Made by a program: the position numbers and the translations under genes
Part shown: piece after piece, positions 1 to 9,988 of the stretch
Numbering within the stretch: the stretch's first letter is position 1
Layout: every line of letters begins with the position of its first letter
Notes under the pieces: generated by a model
Seen by the model: only the letters and a program-made list of their open reading frames with translations
What the model was told of the DNA's origin: nothing
The model's database searches: none
Origin: an uncultured Gammaproteobacteria bacterium
GTDB taxonomy: Bacteria > Pseudomonadota > Gammaproteobacteria > Natronospirales > REEB76
Length of the DNA: 64,000 nt
NCBI GenBank assembly: GCA_964584665.1
Contig: CAZPAO010000010.1
Location: forward strand, 435-64,434
Direction of reading: 5' to 3'

Positions 1-691
1 CACCATCGAGCACCTGTTGTCAGCCTTCGCGGGGCTCGGCATCGACAACGCCTTCGTGGACCTCTCGGCTCCCGAAGTCCCGATCATGGATGGCAGCGCC
101 GGCCCCTTCGTGTTCCTGTTGCAGTCGGCGGGCATCGAGGAGCAGAACGCGCATAAGCGCTTCATCCGCATCAAGAGTCCGGTCGAGGTGCGCGACGGCG
201 ACAAGTGGGCGCGCTTCGAACCCTTCGACGGGTTCAAGGTCAGTTTCCAGATCGACTTCGACCATCCCATCTTCAAGAAGCACACCCAGACCGCGACGGT
301 GGACTTCTCCACCACCTCCTTCGTCAAGGAAGTGAGCCGCGCGCGCACCTTCGGCTTCATGCGCGACATCGAGATGCTGCGGCAGAAGCACCTGACCCTG
401 GGCGCCTCGCTGGACAACGCCATCGCGCTGGACGATTACCGCATCCTCAACGAGGACGGCCTGCGTTACGAAGACGAGTTCGTGAAGCACAAGATCCTCG
501 ATTCCATCGGCGACCTGTACCTGCTGGGCCACAGCCTGATCGGCGCCTTCAGCGCCTACAAGTCAGGCCATGGCCTCAACAACGCGCTGCTGCGCGCACT
601 GCTGGCGAAGCAGGAGACCTGGGAAGAGGTGACCTACGACGATCCGGCGACGGCGCCCATCTCGTATCTCGCGCCCGCCCACGCATTCTGA
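1..691 (+). CDS. lpxC: UDP-3-O-acyl-N-acetylglucosamine deacetylase, 5'-truncated at the window edge
   Basis: The frame is open to position 2. The translation [21 protein letters not shown]...[11 protein letters not shown]...[21 protein letters not shown] is a typical LpxC C-terminal two-thirds. The stop is at 689-691. Confidence 0.95.
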   Translation, partial: TIEHLLSAFAGLGIDNAFVDLSAPEVPIMDGSAGPFVFLLQSAGIEEQNAHKRFIRIKSPVEVRDGDKWARFEPFDGFKVSFQIDFDHPIFKKHTQTATVDFSTTSFVKEVSRARTFGFMRDIEMLRQKHLTLGASLDNAIALDDYRILNEDGLRYEDEFVKHKILDSIGDLYLLGHSLIGAFSAYKSGHGLNNALLRALLAKQETWEEVTYDDPATAPISYLAPAHAF

Positions 692-728
692 CCTTCGAAG
701 AAAGAACAAGAATCCGGTTATTTGGATA

Positions 729-1181
729 TTAAGGACGCGGCTTGTGGCCGCGGGCAAGACGCTTCAGCGATTCGGCCAGGGCCGGGTCGTCCACGCCACC
801 GGCGGTGCTCTCGAGCAGCTGCTGGGTCTCGGCGGACAGGACGCGCGGTCCGGGCGCCGGTGGGACGCCGGGCAGTGGCTCGGGAAGGACCTTGAGCTTG
901 AGCGTATGGCAGGGCTGCCGGACTTGCGTCTGCACCGCCGCCAGCACCACATGGTGTTGGTAGCGGAGCGCGGTGGTCCAGGCGCCGCTGTCGAGATACA
1001 GGGTGAGGGTGCCGTCCTTAAGGTCGGCGCCCAGACAATGGGGTGCAGTCTCGGGTGTGAGGCACTTGAGAATGCACTGGCGCAGGCTTTCGAGCCTGCG
1101 GGCTTCCGCCGCGAGGGACGCGAGTTGAGCGTTCTGCGATGAGAGCAGTCCGGACAGGGTTGAGGGTGACTTGTCGGCCAT
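729..1181 (-). CDS. DUF721 / DciA-like small protein
   Basis: 150 aa. The core 'LGADLKDGTLTLYLDSGAWTTALRYQHHVVL' fits the DUF721 pattern (..L.dGtL.v.v.s.aWa..Lry). Its position between lpxC and the M23 peptidase/secA matches Pseudomonas- and Xanthomonas-type genomes. Confidence 0.55.
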   Translation of the reverse strand: MADKSPSTLSGLLSSQNAQLASLAAEARRLESLRQCILKCLTPETAPHCLGADLKDGTLTLYLDSGAWTTALRYQHHVVLAAVQTQVRQPCHTLKLKVLPEPLPGVPPAPGPRVLSAETQQLLESTAGGVDDPALAESLKRLARGHKPRP

Positions 1182-1231
1182 GGGCGAATAGTAAGCCCAA
1201 GACCGGCCGGATTTGAACGGGGATAGGGTTT

Positions 1232-2185
1232 ATGAACCTGATCGTATTCAACCGCTACGGCGAAGCGCGCCAGCTGAACCTGCGTCATCCGCTGGTGGGC
1301 GGGGGCGTGGCCCTGGCGGCGCTGGCCTTCTGTGCTGGTGTGTTCTCCGCAGGCTACTACACTGCAGACCGCCTGGCCGCTGCCCGTGCCGCTGCGGACC
1401 CTGTGCAGGTGGAACTCAAGTCCCAGGCCGATGAGATAGCCCGCACGAAGCGCGAGGCCCAGGCCAACATGGATGCCCTCTCCGCCAAGGTGGCGCAGCT
1501 GCAGGCCCACGTGATGCGCCTGGATGCTCTCGGCACCCAGCTCACCAGCATCGCCGGCCTGAAACGCGGCGAGTTCGACTTCAGCAAGGACCCGGCCGAG
1601 GGCGGTCCCGAGGCCAAGGGCCCGGTGCAGCACACCTCGACCCAGGACTTCATGGCCCAGCTGGACCAGCTGGCGGCCCAGGTCCAGGACCGGGAGCAGA
1701 AGCTGGGGGTACTTGAAAACCTGTTGATGAGCCGCAACGTACAACTGGCGGCCCAGCCCAATGGTCCGCCGGTGGCGGACGGCTACGTCTCGTCCCTGTT
1801 CGGCATGCGCATCGACCCCTTCGACGGGGAACTCTCGATGCACAGCGGCATGGACTTCGCCGGCACCGAGGGCGAGTCGGTGGAGGCGGTGGCCGCGGGG
1901 GTGGTGACCTGGGCCGGGGAGCGCTCCGGCTACGGCAACCTGGTCGAGATCGACCATGGCAACGGTTACGCCACGCGCTATGGGCATAACGAGTCGATCC
2001 TGGTGCACGTGGGCCAGATCGTGAAGAAAGGAGAAGAGATCGCTCTCATGGGGTCCACCGGGCGTTCCACCGGCCCCCACGTGCATTTCGAAGTCCTTTA
2101 CAATGGCGTGGCCGTGAACCCGGCCCGCTTCGTGAAGAGCCTCGGGGCGCCCCAGGTGGCCGTACTGTCCAAGGGCCAGGACTAA
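1232..2185 (+). CDS. M23 family metallopeptidase (membrane-anchored, coiled-coil N-terminal part)
   Basis: LytM/M23 motifs are present: 'HSGMDFAG', 'GYGNLVEIDHGNGYATRYGH' and 'GSTGRSTGPHVHFEV'. There is an N-terminal TM segment. The ATG is at 1232. Confidence 0.9.
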   Translation: MNLIVFNRYGEARQLNLRHPLVGGGVALAALAFCAGVFSAGYYTADRLAAARAAADPVQVELKSQADEIARTKREAQANMDALSAKVAQLQAHVMRLDALGTQLTSIAGLKRGEFDFSKDPAEGGPEAKGPVQHTSTQDFMAQLDQLAAQVQDREQKLGVLENLLMSRNVQLAAQPNGPPVADGYVSSLFGMRIDPFDGELSMHSGMDFAGTEGESVEAVAAGVVTWAGERSGYGNLVEIDHGNGYATRYGHNESILVHVGQIVKKGEEIALMGSTGRSTGPHVHFEVLYNGVAVNPARFVKSLGAPQVAVLSKGQD

Positions 2186-2350
2186 TCCCCTCCCGTCTCC
2201 TGCCCGCGCACCGGCCAGGCGCCGGGCCGGGCGACTCCCCGGCAGACGCATCCCGAAGATGCAGCGCGGCGAACCGCAGTGCGGACGCGCCGATACACAT
2301 ATATATGAGCGCCGCCCGCGCGGCGCGCCAGCGAGCGAAGAAAAAGGCAT

Positions 2351-5101
2351 ATGGAACTCAACATCCTCAAGACGATCTTCGGCAGCCGCAACGACCGTTT
2401 GGTGCGTGGCATGCGCCGCGAAGCCCAGAAGATCAACGCGCTGGAACCCTCTACCCAGGCGCTCAACGACGAGGCACTGAAGGCGAAGACCGCCGAGTTC
2501 CGCAAGCGCCACGCCGCCGGCGAATCCCTGGACCAGTTGCTGCCCGAGGCCTTCGCCTGTGTGCGCGAGGCCGCTTACCGCCGTCTCGGCATGCGCCACT
2601 TCGACGTGCAGCTCATCGGCGGCATGACCCTGCATCGCGGCAAGATCGCCGAGATGCGCACCGGCGAGGGCAAGACCCTGGTGGCGACGCTCGCCGCCTA
2701 TCTCAACGCCATCCCGGCCCAGGGCGTGCACGTGATCACGGTCAACGACTACCTGGCTTCCCGCGACGCCAACTGGATGCGGCCGGTGTTCGAGGCGCTC
2801 GACCTCACGGTCGGCGTGGTGCTCTCGGGCCAGGATCCGGAAGCCAAGCGCGCCGCCTACGCGGCCGACATCACCTACGGCACCAACAACGAATTCGGTT
2901 TCGACTACCTGCGCGACAACATGGCCTTCCGCCTGGAGGGCAAAGTGCAGCGCGGGCTGTTCTACGCCATCGTCGACGAAGTGGACTCCATCCTCATCGA
3001 TGAGGCGCGCACACCCCTCATCATCTCGGGTTCGGTGGATGACAACACCGACCTCTACCGCAAGATCGACGCCATCCTGCCGAACCTCATCCGCCAGAAG
3101 GAAGAGGACGGTCCGGGCGATTACAGCGTCGACGAGAAAGCCAAGCAGGTCTACCTGACGGAGGACGGCCACCAGCACGTGGAGGAGATGCTGGCACGCG
3201 AGGGGCTCATCGCCGAGGGCGGTTCGCTCTATGACGCCACCAACATCGGCCTCATGCACCACGTCAATGCCGGTCTGCGTGCCCACGCGCTGTTCAAGTG
3301 CGAAGTGGATTACATCATCAAGAACGGCGAGGTGGTGATCGTCGACGAGTTCACCGGCCGCACCATGCCGGGACGTCGCTGGTCCGACGGCCTGCACCAG
3401 GCCATCGAGGCCAAGGAAGGCGTGAAGATCCAGGCGGAGAACCAGACGCTCGCCTCCATCACCTTCCAGAACTACTTCCGCCTCTACAAGAAGCTCTCGG
3501 GCATGACCGGCACCGCCGACACCGAGGCACGTGAGTTCCACGAGATCTATGCGCTCGAGGTGGTGATCATCCCCACCAACCGGCCGATGGTGCGCCAGGA
3601 CAACCCGGACCTCGTGTACCTGTCAGCCAAGGGCAAGTTCCGCGCGGTGATCGCCGACATCAAGGACTGCATCCAACGCGGCCAGCCCGCGCTCGTGGGA
3701 ACCGCTTCCATCGAGGCCTCCGAGCAGCTCTCCGCGCTGCTGGAGAAAGAAGGCGTGCCGCACCAGGTGTTGAACGCCAAGCAACACGCCCAGGAGGCCC
3801 AGGTCATCGCCCAGGCGGGCCGACCCGGCACGGTCACCATCGCCACCAACATGGCCGGCCGCGGCACCGACATCGTGCTGGGTGGCAGCCTCGAGGCTGA
3901 ACTCGCGGCCCTGCCGCCGGAGACCGACGAGGCCGAGAAGGCCCGCATCAAGGCCGACTGGCAGGCGCGCCACGACGCGGTGCTGGCCGCCGGCGGTCTC
4001 CACATCATCGGCAGCGAGCGCCATGAATCGCGGCGCATCGACAACCAGCTGCGCGGTCGTTCCGGCCGCCAGGGAGACGCGGGCTCGAGCCGTTTCTACC
4101 TGTCGCTGGAAGACAACCTGATGCGCATCTTCGCCGGTGACCGCATCAAGGGCATGATGCAGCGCTTCGGCATGCAGGAGGACGAGCCCATCGAGTCCTC
4201 GCTGGTGACCAAGGGCGTGGAGAACGCCCAGCGCAAAGTGGAAGCCCACAACTTCGACATCCGCAAGTCGCTGCTGGAATACGACGACGTCGCCAACGAC
4301 CAGCGCAAGGTCATCTACGAGCAGCGCAACGAACTCCTGCACGCCTCCGACATCCACGAGACCGTACAGGCTGTGATGGTGGACGTGCTGAACGGCGTGA
4401 TCGATGAATACATCCCGCCCCAGAGCGTGGAAGAGCAGTGGAACATCCAGGGCCTCATGGAGGCGCTGGAACGGGACTTCCTGCTCAAGCTGGACATCAA
4501 GGGCTGGCTGGACAAGGAGCCGGAGCTGCACGAAGAGCCGCTCAGGGCCCGCATCCAGAAGGCTTTCCTGGAAGCCTACCAGGCCAAGGCACAGCAGGTG
4601 GGCCCGGACGTGATCCGCTACTTCGAGAAGGAGATCATGCTCCGCAACCTGGACACCCTGTGGCGCGAGCACCTCGCCAACATGGATTACCTGCGCCAGG
4701 GCATCCACCTGCGCGGCTATGCCCAGGTGGACCCACGCCGCGAGTACAAGCGCGATGCTTTCGAGATGTTCTCGCGCATGCTCGACCGCCTGAAGTTCGA
4801 CGTGGTGACCATCCTCTCCAAGGTGCAGGTGCGCACCGAGCAGGACGTGGCCGCCATGGAAGAGGAACGCCGTCGTGTGCGCGCCATGCAGTTCCAGCAT
4901 GCCGAGGCCCCGAGTGTCACGGCCGCAGCGCCGGCCCCCGAAGCGGCTGCGCCGGCCGCGGGCGCCCCCCGCGCCACCGCTCCTGCCGCTGCTGCGGCTG
5001 TCGCACCGTTCGTGCGCGAGAACCCGAAGGTGGGGCGCAACGATCCCTGCCCCTGCGGTTCGGGCTTGAAATACAAGCAGTGCCACGGGCGCTTAAGCTG
5101 A
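2351..5101 (+). CDS. secA: Preprotein translocase ATPase SecA
   Basis: 916 aa. N-terminus '[11 protein letters not shown]', DEAD-motor motifs '[13 protein letters not shown]' and '[10 protein letters not shown]', and the C-terminal zinc-binding tail '[14 protein letters not shown]'. Confidence 0.98.
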   Translation: MELNILKTIFGSRNDRLVRGMRREAQKINALEPSTQALNDEALKAKTAEFRKRHAAGESLDQLLPEAFACVREAAYRRLGMRHFDVQLIGGMTLHRGKIAEMRTGEGKTLVATLAAYLNAIPAQGVHVITVNDYLASRDANWMRPVFEALDLTVGVVLSGQDPEAKRAAYAADITYGTNNEFGFDYLRDNMAFRLEGKVQRGLFYAIVDEVDSILIDEARTPLIISGSVDDNTDLYRKIDAILPNLIRQKEEDGPGDYSVDEKAKQVYLTEDGHQHVEEMLAREGLIAEGGSLYDATNIGLMHHVNAGLRAHALFKCEVDYIIKNGEVVIVDEFTGRTMPGRRWSDGLHQAIEAKEGVKIQAENQTLASITFQNYFRLYKKLSGMTGTADTEAREFHEIYALEVVIIPTNRPMVRQDNPDLVYLSAKGKFRAVIADIKDCIQRGQPALVGTASIEASEQLSALLEKEGVPHQVLNAKQHAQEAQVIAQAGRPGTVTIATNMAGRGTDIVLGGSLEAELAALPPETDEAEKARIKADWQARHDAVLAAGGLHIIGSERHESRRIDNQLRGRSGRQGDAGSSRFYLSLEDNLMRIFAGDRIKGMMQRFGMQEDEPIESSLVTKGVENAQRKVEAHNFDIRKSLLEYDDVANDQRKVIYEQRNELLHASDIHETVQAVMVDVLNGVIDEYIPPQSVEEQWNIQGLMEALERDFLLKLDIKGWLDKEPELHEEPLRARIQKAFLEAYQAKAQQVGPDVIRYFEKEIMLRNLDTLWREHLANMDYLRQGIHLRGYAQVDPRREYKRDAFEMFSRMLDRLKFDVVTILSKVQVRTEQDVAAMEEERRRVRAMQFQHAEAPSVTAAAPAPEAAAPAAGAPRATAPAAAAAVAPFVRENPKVGRNDPCPCGSGLKYKQCHGRLS

Positions 5102-5111
5102 TTTGAACCGG

Positions 5112-6083
5112 ATGCCTCCCGTCGCATCCGCTCTCCGCATCCAAGTCGTCGCCGCGGTGCTGCGTGACCGGCAGGGCCGCGTGCTGGTGGCCGATCGTCC
5201 CGCCGGCAAGCCCATGGCGGGTTTCTGGGAGTTCCCCGGCGGCAAGCTGGAACCCGGTGAGAAGCCCTTCGATGCTTTGCGGCGTGAACTCAAAGAAGAG
5301 CTCGGCATCGAGGTGCGCTGCGCCTACCGGCTGCTGCGCTTCGCCTATCGTTATCCTGAAAGAGAAGTAGAACTGGACGTGTGGCGCGTCACCGCCTGGG
5401 ATGGCGAACCTTCCGCCCACGAAGGCCAGCGGCTCGCCTGGCACCGGCCCCGTGATCTCATGGGCATCGGGCTCCTGCCCGCGGACGAACCCATCGTGCG
5501 CTCGCTCGAACTGCCGCCGCTGATGCTGGTGACCCCCTCGCCCGGGGACGAACCTGCGTTCCTGCAGGGCCTCCAACGTTCCCTGGATGCCGGCGTGGAC
5601 TGGGTGCAGTTCCGCGCACCCTGGATGGATGCGGCGCGCTATGGGCGGCTGGCTGAGCGGGTGGTCGCCACCTGCCGTGCATCCGGTGTCCAGGTGAGCC
5701 TGCACGGGGATGCGGCTCTCGCGCGGGAACTGGGGGCCGACGGCGTACACCTCGGCCAGAAGGACCTGGATGCCTATGACGGTCGCGATGGTCGGCTGCG
5801 TTTGGGCATCTCATGTCACACGGCAGAGGAATTGCGACGCGCGCTGGAATCGAAACCAGCCTATCTGATCCTGGGGCCGGTGCAGGAGACCGCCAGCCAT
5901 CCGGGGACCAAATCTCTGGGATGGGAGGGCTTCAGGAGCATCGCTGCTGCAAGCACAGTGCCGGTCTACGGCATCGGCGGACTAGGTCCCGATGATCTGA
6001 CAGCAGCGCATTCCCATGGAGCGCACGGCGTGGCCTCCATCCGCGCCCTCTGGGATATCCCTCAGCTCTCCGGATCGTCCTGA
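5112..6083 (+). CDS. mutT: Nudix (MutT-like) hydrolase fused to a ThiE/TenI-like TIM-barrel domain
   Basis: The N-terminus carries the Nudix box '[24 protein letters not shown]'. The C-terminal ~190 aa ('VQFRAP...[12 protein letters not shown]...ISCHTAEEL...DYLILGPV...VYGIGGL') resembles thiamine-phosphate synthase-like domains. The ATG at 5112 is preferred over the TTG at 5103. Confidence 0.8.
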   Translation: MPPVASALRIQVVAAVLRDRQGRVLVADRPAGKPMAGFWEFPGGKLEPGEKPFDALRRELKEELGIEVRCAYRLLRFAYRYPEREVELDVWRVTAWDGEPSAHEGQRLAWHRPRDLMGIGLLPADEPIVRSLELPPLMLVTPSPGDEPAFLQGLQRSLDAGVDWVQFRAPWMDAARYGRLAERVVATCRASGVQVSLHGDAALARELGADGVHLGQKDLDAYDGRDGRLRLGISCHTAEELRRALESKPAYLILGPVQETASHPGTKSLGWEGFRSIAAASTVPVYGIGGLGPDDLTAAHSHGAHGVASIRALWDIPQLSGSS

Positions 6084-6247
6084 TCCAGGGGAGTGTCGTC
6101 AGTGGGGATGGCGTGCTTCTCCGCCAGCCAGTCGCCCAGGTCGATGAGCCGGCAGCGGTCGCTGCAGAAAGGCCGCCACTTCGAGGCTTCCGTCCACGGC
6201 ACCGGCTTGCCGCAGTGCGGGCATTCGACTGTCTGGATATCGGACAT
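6062..6247 (-). CDS. yacG: DNA gyrase inhibitor YacG (zinc finger)
   Basis: 61 aa with '[10 protein letters not shown]...[16 protein letters not shown]'. Conserved neighbourhood with zapD and coaE. Confidence 0.9.
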   Translation of the reverse strand: MSDIQTVECPHCGKPVPWTEASKWRPFCSDRCRLIDLGDWLAEKHAIPTDDTPLDQDDPES

Positions 6248-7053
6248 TACAGCTGGCAGCAGACGAGTTTGAAACCGATGTCGCGCTTGGTCTGCTGGGG
6301 ACGGGCGTTGGCGTCGTGGCGCTCGAGGAAACGGATGGTCATGCGGTGCTTGCCGGCGCTGATCTCCGGGAATACGCCGCTGGGGGCCGGCACCATCACC
6401 CGCACCATGGGCGAGAGCACGTTCGTATCGAAGTTGCGCTGGTAGACCCCTTGCTCCGCGATCTCGCGGGTGGGGAGTGCGCTCTCCCGGGTGAGCGCCA
6501 TCAGCAGCGCGATGGTGTCCTTCAGGGGTTTCAGTTCCGTCAGCCAGCCCTGCAGGTCGCGGGCACGGCGCGGATAAGGGTGGGTCAGCCAGGCATGGTA
6601 AGAGGGCAGGTCGAACTGGCAGGTGCCGCCGGGGATGGCGAGCCGGTTCTTGATGGAGTTCAGGAACTCGCTCTCGCGCAGACAGGCACCCAGCGGGCGG
6701 CCGTCACCGTCCATCTCGTTCCGCAGCCGGTCCAGGTCCGAGAGCACGGTCTGCAGGCGCACGTTGTCCACTTCGGGGCTGCCCTTGAGCCGCTGCAGCA
6801 GCATGCCGCAGCGTTCCAGCTCCTTCAGCACCTCGGTGCGCACGTCGCCGCGCGTCAGCAGCGAGACGATCTCGAGGATGGATCCGACCGCGGCACGGCT
6901 GTCCCACACGGAGGAGAGGCCGCTGTGATGCCCGGCCTGCTCCATGAGGAACTCGAGGCGCAGGAATGTGCGCACACGCTCGCTAAGCGGCTGCTCATAG
7001 ATGAGCCAATCCGCGGCAGCCTGTTCCTCGACGTGTTGATCCACGTTCAGCAT
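6247..7053 (-). CDS. zapD: Cell division protein ZapD
   Basis: 268 aa. It has '[18 protein letters not shown]', '[20 protein letters not shown]' and the C-terminal '...FKLVCC' as in E. coli ZapD (YacF). TAATG overlap with the yacG start. Confidence 0.85.
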   Translation of the reverse strand: MLNVDQHVEEQAAADWLIYEQPLSERVRTFLRLEFLMEQAGHHSGLSSVWDSRAAVGSILEIVSLLTRGDVRTEVLKELERCGMLLQRLKGSPEVDNVRLQTVLSDLDRLRNEMDGDGRPLGACLRESEFLNSIKNRLAIPGGTCQFDLPSYHAWLTHPYPRRARDLQGWLTELKPLKDTIALLMALTRESALPTREIAEQGVYQRNFDTNVLSPMVRVMVPAPSGVFPEISAGKHRMTIRFLERHDANARPQQTKRDIGFKLVCCQL

Positions 7054-7066
7054 CCGGATCCCCGGG

Positions 7067-7699
7067 TCACGGCAGCGCTATCCCACGGCGTCTGAAGTCG
7101 CCGCACGCAGCCAGTTCGAGGTAGAACCCATGCAGTCGGTCCACGGCGCCTTCGAGGGCAGCCGTGTCGCTGGCGTTGGACAGAATATCATCCGCGGCGG
7201 CGAGCCGGGCAGTGCGGCTGGATTGGACGGCTAGGATGGCCCGGGCCGAGGCCTCTGTCTCATGGTCGCGTGACATAAGACGGGCCAGTTGCAGTTCTTC
7301 GGAGCAGTCCACCACCAGCACCCGGTCCACCAGGGCCCGGGCGGCGGGCTTCTCCACCAGCAGGGGCATGACCGCCAGGGCATAAGGGCCTTGGGAAGCC
7401 TTCAGTTGCGCCTCCAGGCCTCTGAACACCAGGGGGTGCAGCACCGACTCCACCTCCTGGCGCAGGGCCGGGTCGGCGAATAACCGCTGCCTGAGGGCTC
7501 GCCGGTCCAGCTCCCCTGTCGCATCGAGGATGCCAGGCCCCAGGGCTTCCACCAGGGCTGCGAGACCGGGTTGGCCATGCCGGGTGAGGGCATGGCTGAG
7601 GACATCCGCATCCGCCACCGGCACGCCACGACGGGCCAGTGCGGCGGCTGCCAGGGACTTTCCGCTGGCGATGCCGCCGGTGAGACCGACCTTGAGCAT
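7067..7699 (-). CDS. coaE: Dephospho-CoA kinase
   Basis: P-loop 'GLTGGIASGKS' at the N-terminus, 210 aa, classic position next to pilD. Confidence 0.92.
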   Translation of the reverse strand: MLKVGLTGGIASGKSLAAAALARRGVPVADADVLSHALTRHGQPGLAALVEALGPGILDATGELDRRALRQRLFADPALRQEVESVLHPLVFRGLEAQLKASQGPYALAVMPLLVEKPAARALVDRVLVVDCSEELQLARLMSRDHETEASARAILAVQSSRTARLAAADDILSNASDTAALEGAVDRLHGFYLELAACGDFRRRGIALP

Positions 7700-7702
7700 G
7701 GT

Positions 7703-8560
7703 TCAGTGGGCGCCGCTGACGGCGAGGTAGGCGTTGGTGAGGGGATGGCCCCAGATGAGCGTGATCCAGCCGGCCGCCGCCAGGAAGGGACCGAAGGGCA
7801 GCGGCACGCCCTGGCGGATGCGCTTCAAGCCCAGCAGGGTGAGGCCGGTGACGGCACCGACGCCGGCGGACATGAGGATGATGAGCGGAAGCTGCTGCCA
7901 GCCCAGCCAGGCACCGAACAGGGCGTAGAGCTTGAAGTCGCCGTAGCCCATCCCTTCTTTGCCCGTGAGCAGGCGGAACAGGTGATAGATGGACCACAAG
8001 GACAGGTAGCCCGCCGCGGCGCCGATAACCGCCGAACCGAGGTCGATGTAGGTGCCGGTGATGTTGAACAGGAGACCGAGCCAGAGCAGCGGCAGCACGA
8101 TGCGGTCCGGCAGGAGTTGGGTCTCGATGTCGATGCCCGCGAGCGCGATTAGCCCCCAGGTGAGGGGCAGCGCGCCGAAGGCGGCGGCACCGAAACCGAA
8201 GTGCCAGGCGACGAAACCGGAGAGGAGGCCGGTGAGCGCTTCGATGATCGCATAACGCGGCGAGATGGATGCGTGGCAGCCGCTACAGCGTCCGCGCAGC
8301 ATCAGGTAGCTCAGGATCGGCACGTTCTCGAGAGCGGTGATGCCGTGGCCACAGTGCGGGCAACGCGATCGCGGCATGACGAGATCGAAGCGTTCCGCCG
8401 GCGCCTCTTCCTGAGCGTACTCCGTGCGCCACTCGCGCTCGAGCATGATCGGAAGGCGGTATATCACCACGTTGAGGAAGCTGCCGACCAGCAGCCCTAG
8501 CAACACGCTGAGGAAGGTGAAGGCGAGCGGGCTTTGCTCTAGCAGGAGCGTGATGGTCAT
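7703..8560 (-). CDS. pilD: Prepilin peptidase / N-methyltransferase (A24 family)
   Basis: 285 aa polytopic membrane protein. Cys-pair region 'RSRCPHCGHGI...RGRCSGCHASIS' and catalytic region 'GKEGMGYGDFKL'. Confidence 0.95.
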   Translation of the reverse strand: MTITLLLEQSPLAFTFLSVLLGLLVGSFLNVVIYRLPIMLEREWRTEYAQEEAPAERFDLVMPRSRCPHCGHGITALENVPILSYLMLRGRCSGCHASISPRYAIIEALTGLLSGFVAWHFGFGAAAFGALPLTWGLIALAGIDIETQLLPDRIVLPLLWLGLLFNITGTYIDLGSAVIGAAAGYLSLWSIYHLFRLLTGKEGMGYGDFKLYALFGAWLGWQQLPLIILMSAGVGAVTGLTLLGLKRIRQGVPLPFGPFLAAAGWITLIWGHPLTNAYLAVSGAH

Positions 8561-8611
8561 GTATTCCCCAAAGGTATTTCGCGGAACGCCATCAACACTT
8601 TTTCTTTCAGT

Positions 8612-8755
8612 GAAGTCGTCTCAGAAACGTCGCGAGCGAAGGTAGAGCGAGGCGCGCGACGGCGAGGAACCGGAGTGTACTTGATTAGTACATGAGGATT
8701 CCGAGCTGGTGCACAACGAAGCTATACCGAGCGCAGCAGTTTATGAGACGGCTTC
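8612..8755. repeat. ~144-bp imperfect palindromic element in the pilC-pilD spacer
   Basis: Terminal inverted repeats GAAGTCGTCTCAGAAAC (8612-8628) and the reverse complement of 8739-8755 (GAAGCCGTCTCATAAAC) match at 15/17. A central palindrome TGTAC-N7-GTACA (8676-8692) lies exactly at the element midpoint. Patchy internal arm complementarity (GGTAGAGC/GGTATAGC, GGAACC/GGAATC). Confidence 0.4.
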
Positions 8756-9968
8756 AGATGACCGAACCCAGCTTGAAGATGGGTAGATACATGGCGACCA
8801 CCAAGCCGCCCACCAGCACGCCCAGCACCGCCATGATCAACGGTTCCATGAGGCTCGTGAGGTTGTCCACCGCGTTGTCCACCTCTTCCTCGTAGAAGTC
8901 GGCGACCTTGGCGGCCATGGCGTCGATGGAGCCGGCTTCCTCGCCGATGGCGATCATCTGGATCATGACGTGCGGGAACAGGCCGGTCTGGCTCATGGTG
9001 ATGTTGAGCTGCTGGCCGGTGGACACCTGGTCGCGGATCTTGAGGGTGGCCTGCTCGTAGATGATGTTGCCGGTGGCGCCCGCCACGGAGCCGAGTGCGT
9101 CCACCAGGTTGACGCCGGCGGCGAACATGGTGGAGAGGGTGCGGGCGAAGCGCGCCAGGGAGGACTTGGTGAGGATGTCGCCTACCACCGGGATCTTGAG
9201 CGACAGCCGGTCCAGGTTCTCGCGGAACTTGCGCGAACGCTTCTTGAAATAAGTGAAGGCGGCGAAGGCCGCGCCGATGACGATCAGATAGATGTAGCCC
9301 TGGCTGCGCACCGACCGCGACATGTTCACGACCATCTGGGTGAACGCCGGCAGGTCTGCGCCGAAGCCCTTGAACAGCTCCTCGAACTGCGGGATCACGA
9401 ACACCAGCAGGATGCCCGTCACCACGAAAGCCACCACCAGCACGGCTATGGGGTAGGAGAGCGCCTTCTTGATCTTCTTCTTGATGCGCTCGGTCTTCTC
9501 TTTATAAGTAGCGATCTTGTCCAGCAGGGTCTCGAGGGCGCCCGCCTGCTCGCCGGCACGCACCAGGCTCACGAACAGGTCGTCGAAGTACAAGGGATGC
9601 TTCGCGAGCGCGTCGGCCAGGTTGTTGCCGGCCTCCACGTCGCCCTTGATGGCCATCACCATGTCCTGCATGTTCGGGTTGGCGTGGCCCTTGCCGATGA
9701 TGTCCATGGACTGCACCAGCGGCACGCCGGAGCTCATCATGGTGGCCATCTGGCGGCTGAAGAAGGCGATGTCGGAGCTCTCGATCTTCTTGCCGGCCTT
9801 GCGGCGGGCCTTGCTGATCTTGACCGGGGCGATACCCTGGCGGCGCAGGTCGGCTTTGACCGCAGCTTCGCTGGGAGCGACGGTCTTGCCCTTGATGCGG
9901 TTGCCCTTCTTGTCCGTCCCTTCCCAGACGAAGTTAAGGTTCTTTGCTGCTGCGGCTGCGTCGGCCAT
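8754..9968 (-). CDS. pilC: Type IV pilus inner-membrane platform protein PilC
   Basis: 404 aa with duplicated GspF/PilC domains ('FSRQMATMMSSGVPLVQ', 'FARTLSTMFAAGVNLVDAL', 'IGEEAGSIDAM') and a C-terminal 'LPIFKLGSVI'. Confidence 0.95.
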   Translation of the reverse strand: MADAAAAAKNLNFVWEGTDKKGNRIKGKTVAPSEAAVKADLRRQGIAPVKISKARRKAGKKIESSDIAFFSRQMATMMSSGVPLVQSMDIIGKGHANPNMQDMVMAIKGDVEAGNNLADALAKHPLYFDDLFVSLVRAGEQAGALETLLDKIATYKEKTERIKKKIKKALSYPIAVLVVAFVVTGILLVFVIPQFEELFKGFGADLPAFTQMVVNMSRSVRSQGYIYLIVIGAAFAAFTYFKKRSRKFRENLDRLSLKIPVVGDILTKSSLARFARTLSTMFAAGVNLVDALGSVAGATGNIIYEQATLKIRDQVSTGQQLNITMSQTGLFPHVMIQMIAIGEEAGSIDAMAAKVADFYEEEVDNAVDNLTSLMEPLIMAVLGVLVGGLVVAMYLPIFKLGSVI

Positions 9969-9988
9969 GGCGATATGTTCTCGTCCGG

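Noticed and set aside
764-3541. 925-aa ORF on the minus strand opposite DUF721, M23 and secA. Similar long antisense ORFs: 3623-5086, 8970-10169, 9944-11296, 24226-26106, 25977-27308, 28824-29558, 45526-47001, 49263-50348, 50471-51814, 58081-59259, 59795-61006, 60978-61769 and 62127-63146.
   Set aside because: These are typical high-GC shadow ORFs. Their translations are Arg/Gly/Ala/His/Pro-rich with no recognisable motifs. Each lies opposite a gene with unambiguous family signatures and proper codon bias.
8612-8755. The inverted-repeat arms (GTCGTCTCAGAA / GCCGTCTCA) resemble Neisseriaceae DNA-uptake sequences (GCCGTCTGAA and the GTCGTCTGAA dialect), and they sit in a pilus locus.
   Set aside because: The match is not exact: there is an extra C before the GAA. 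The only other 'CGTCTCA/TGAGACG' hits I saw in the window are a few inside coding sequence, consistent with chance. The synteny points to a Xanthomonadales-like gammaproteobacterium rather than Neisseriaceae. Genome-wide counting would be needed to revive the idea.
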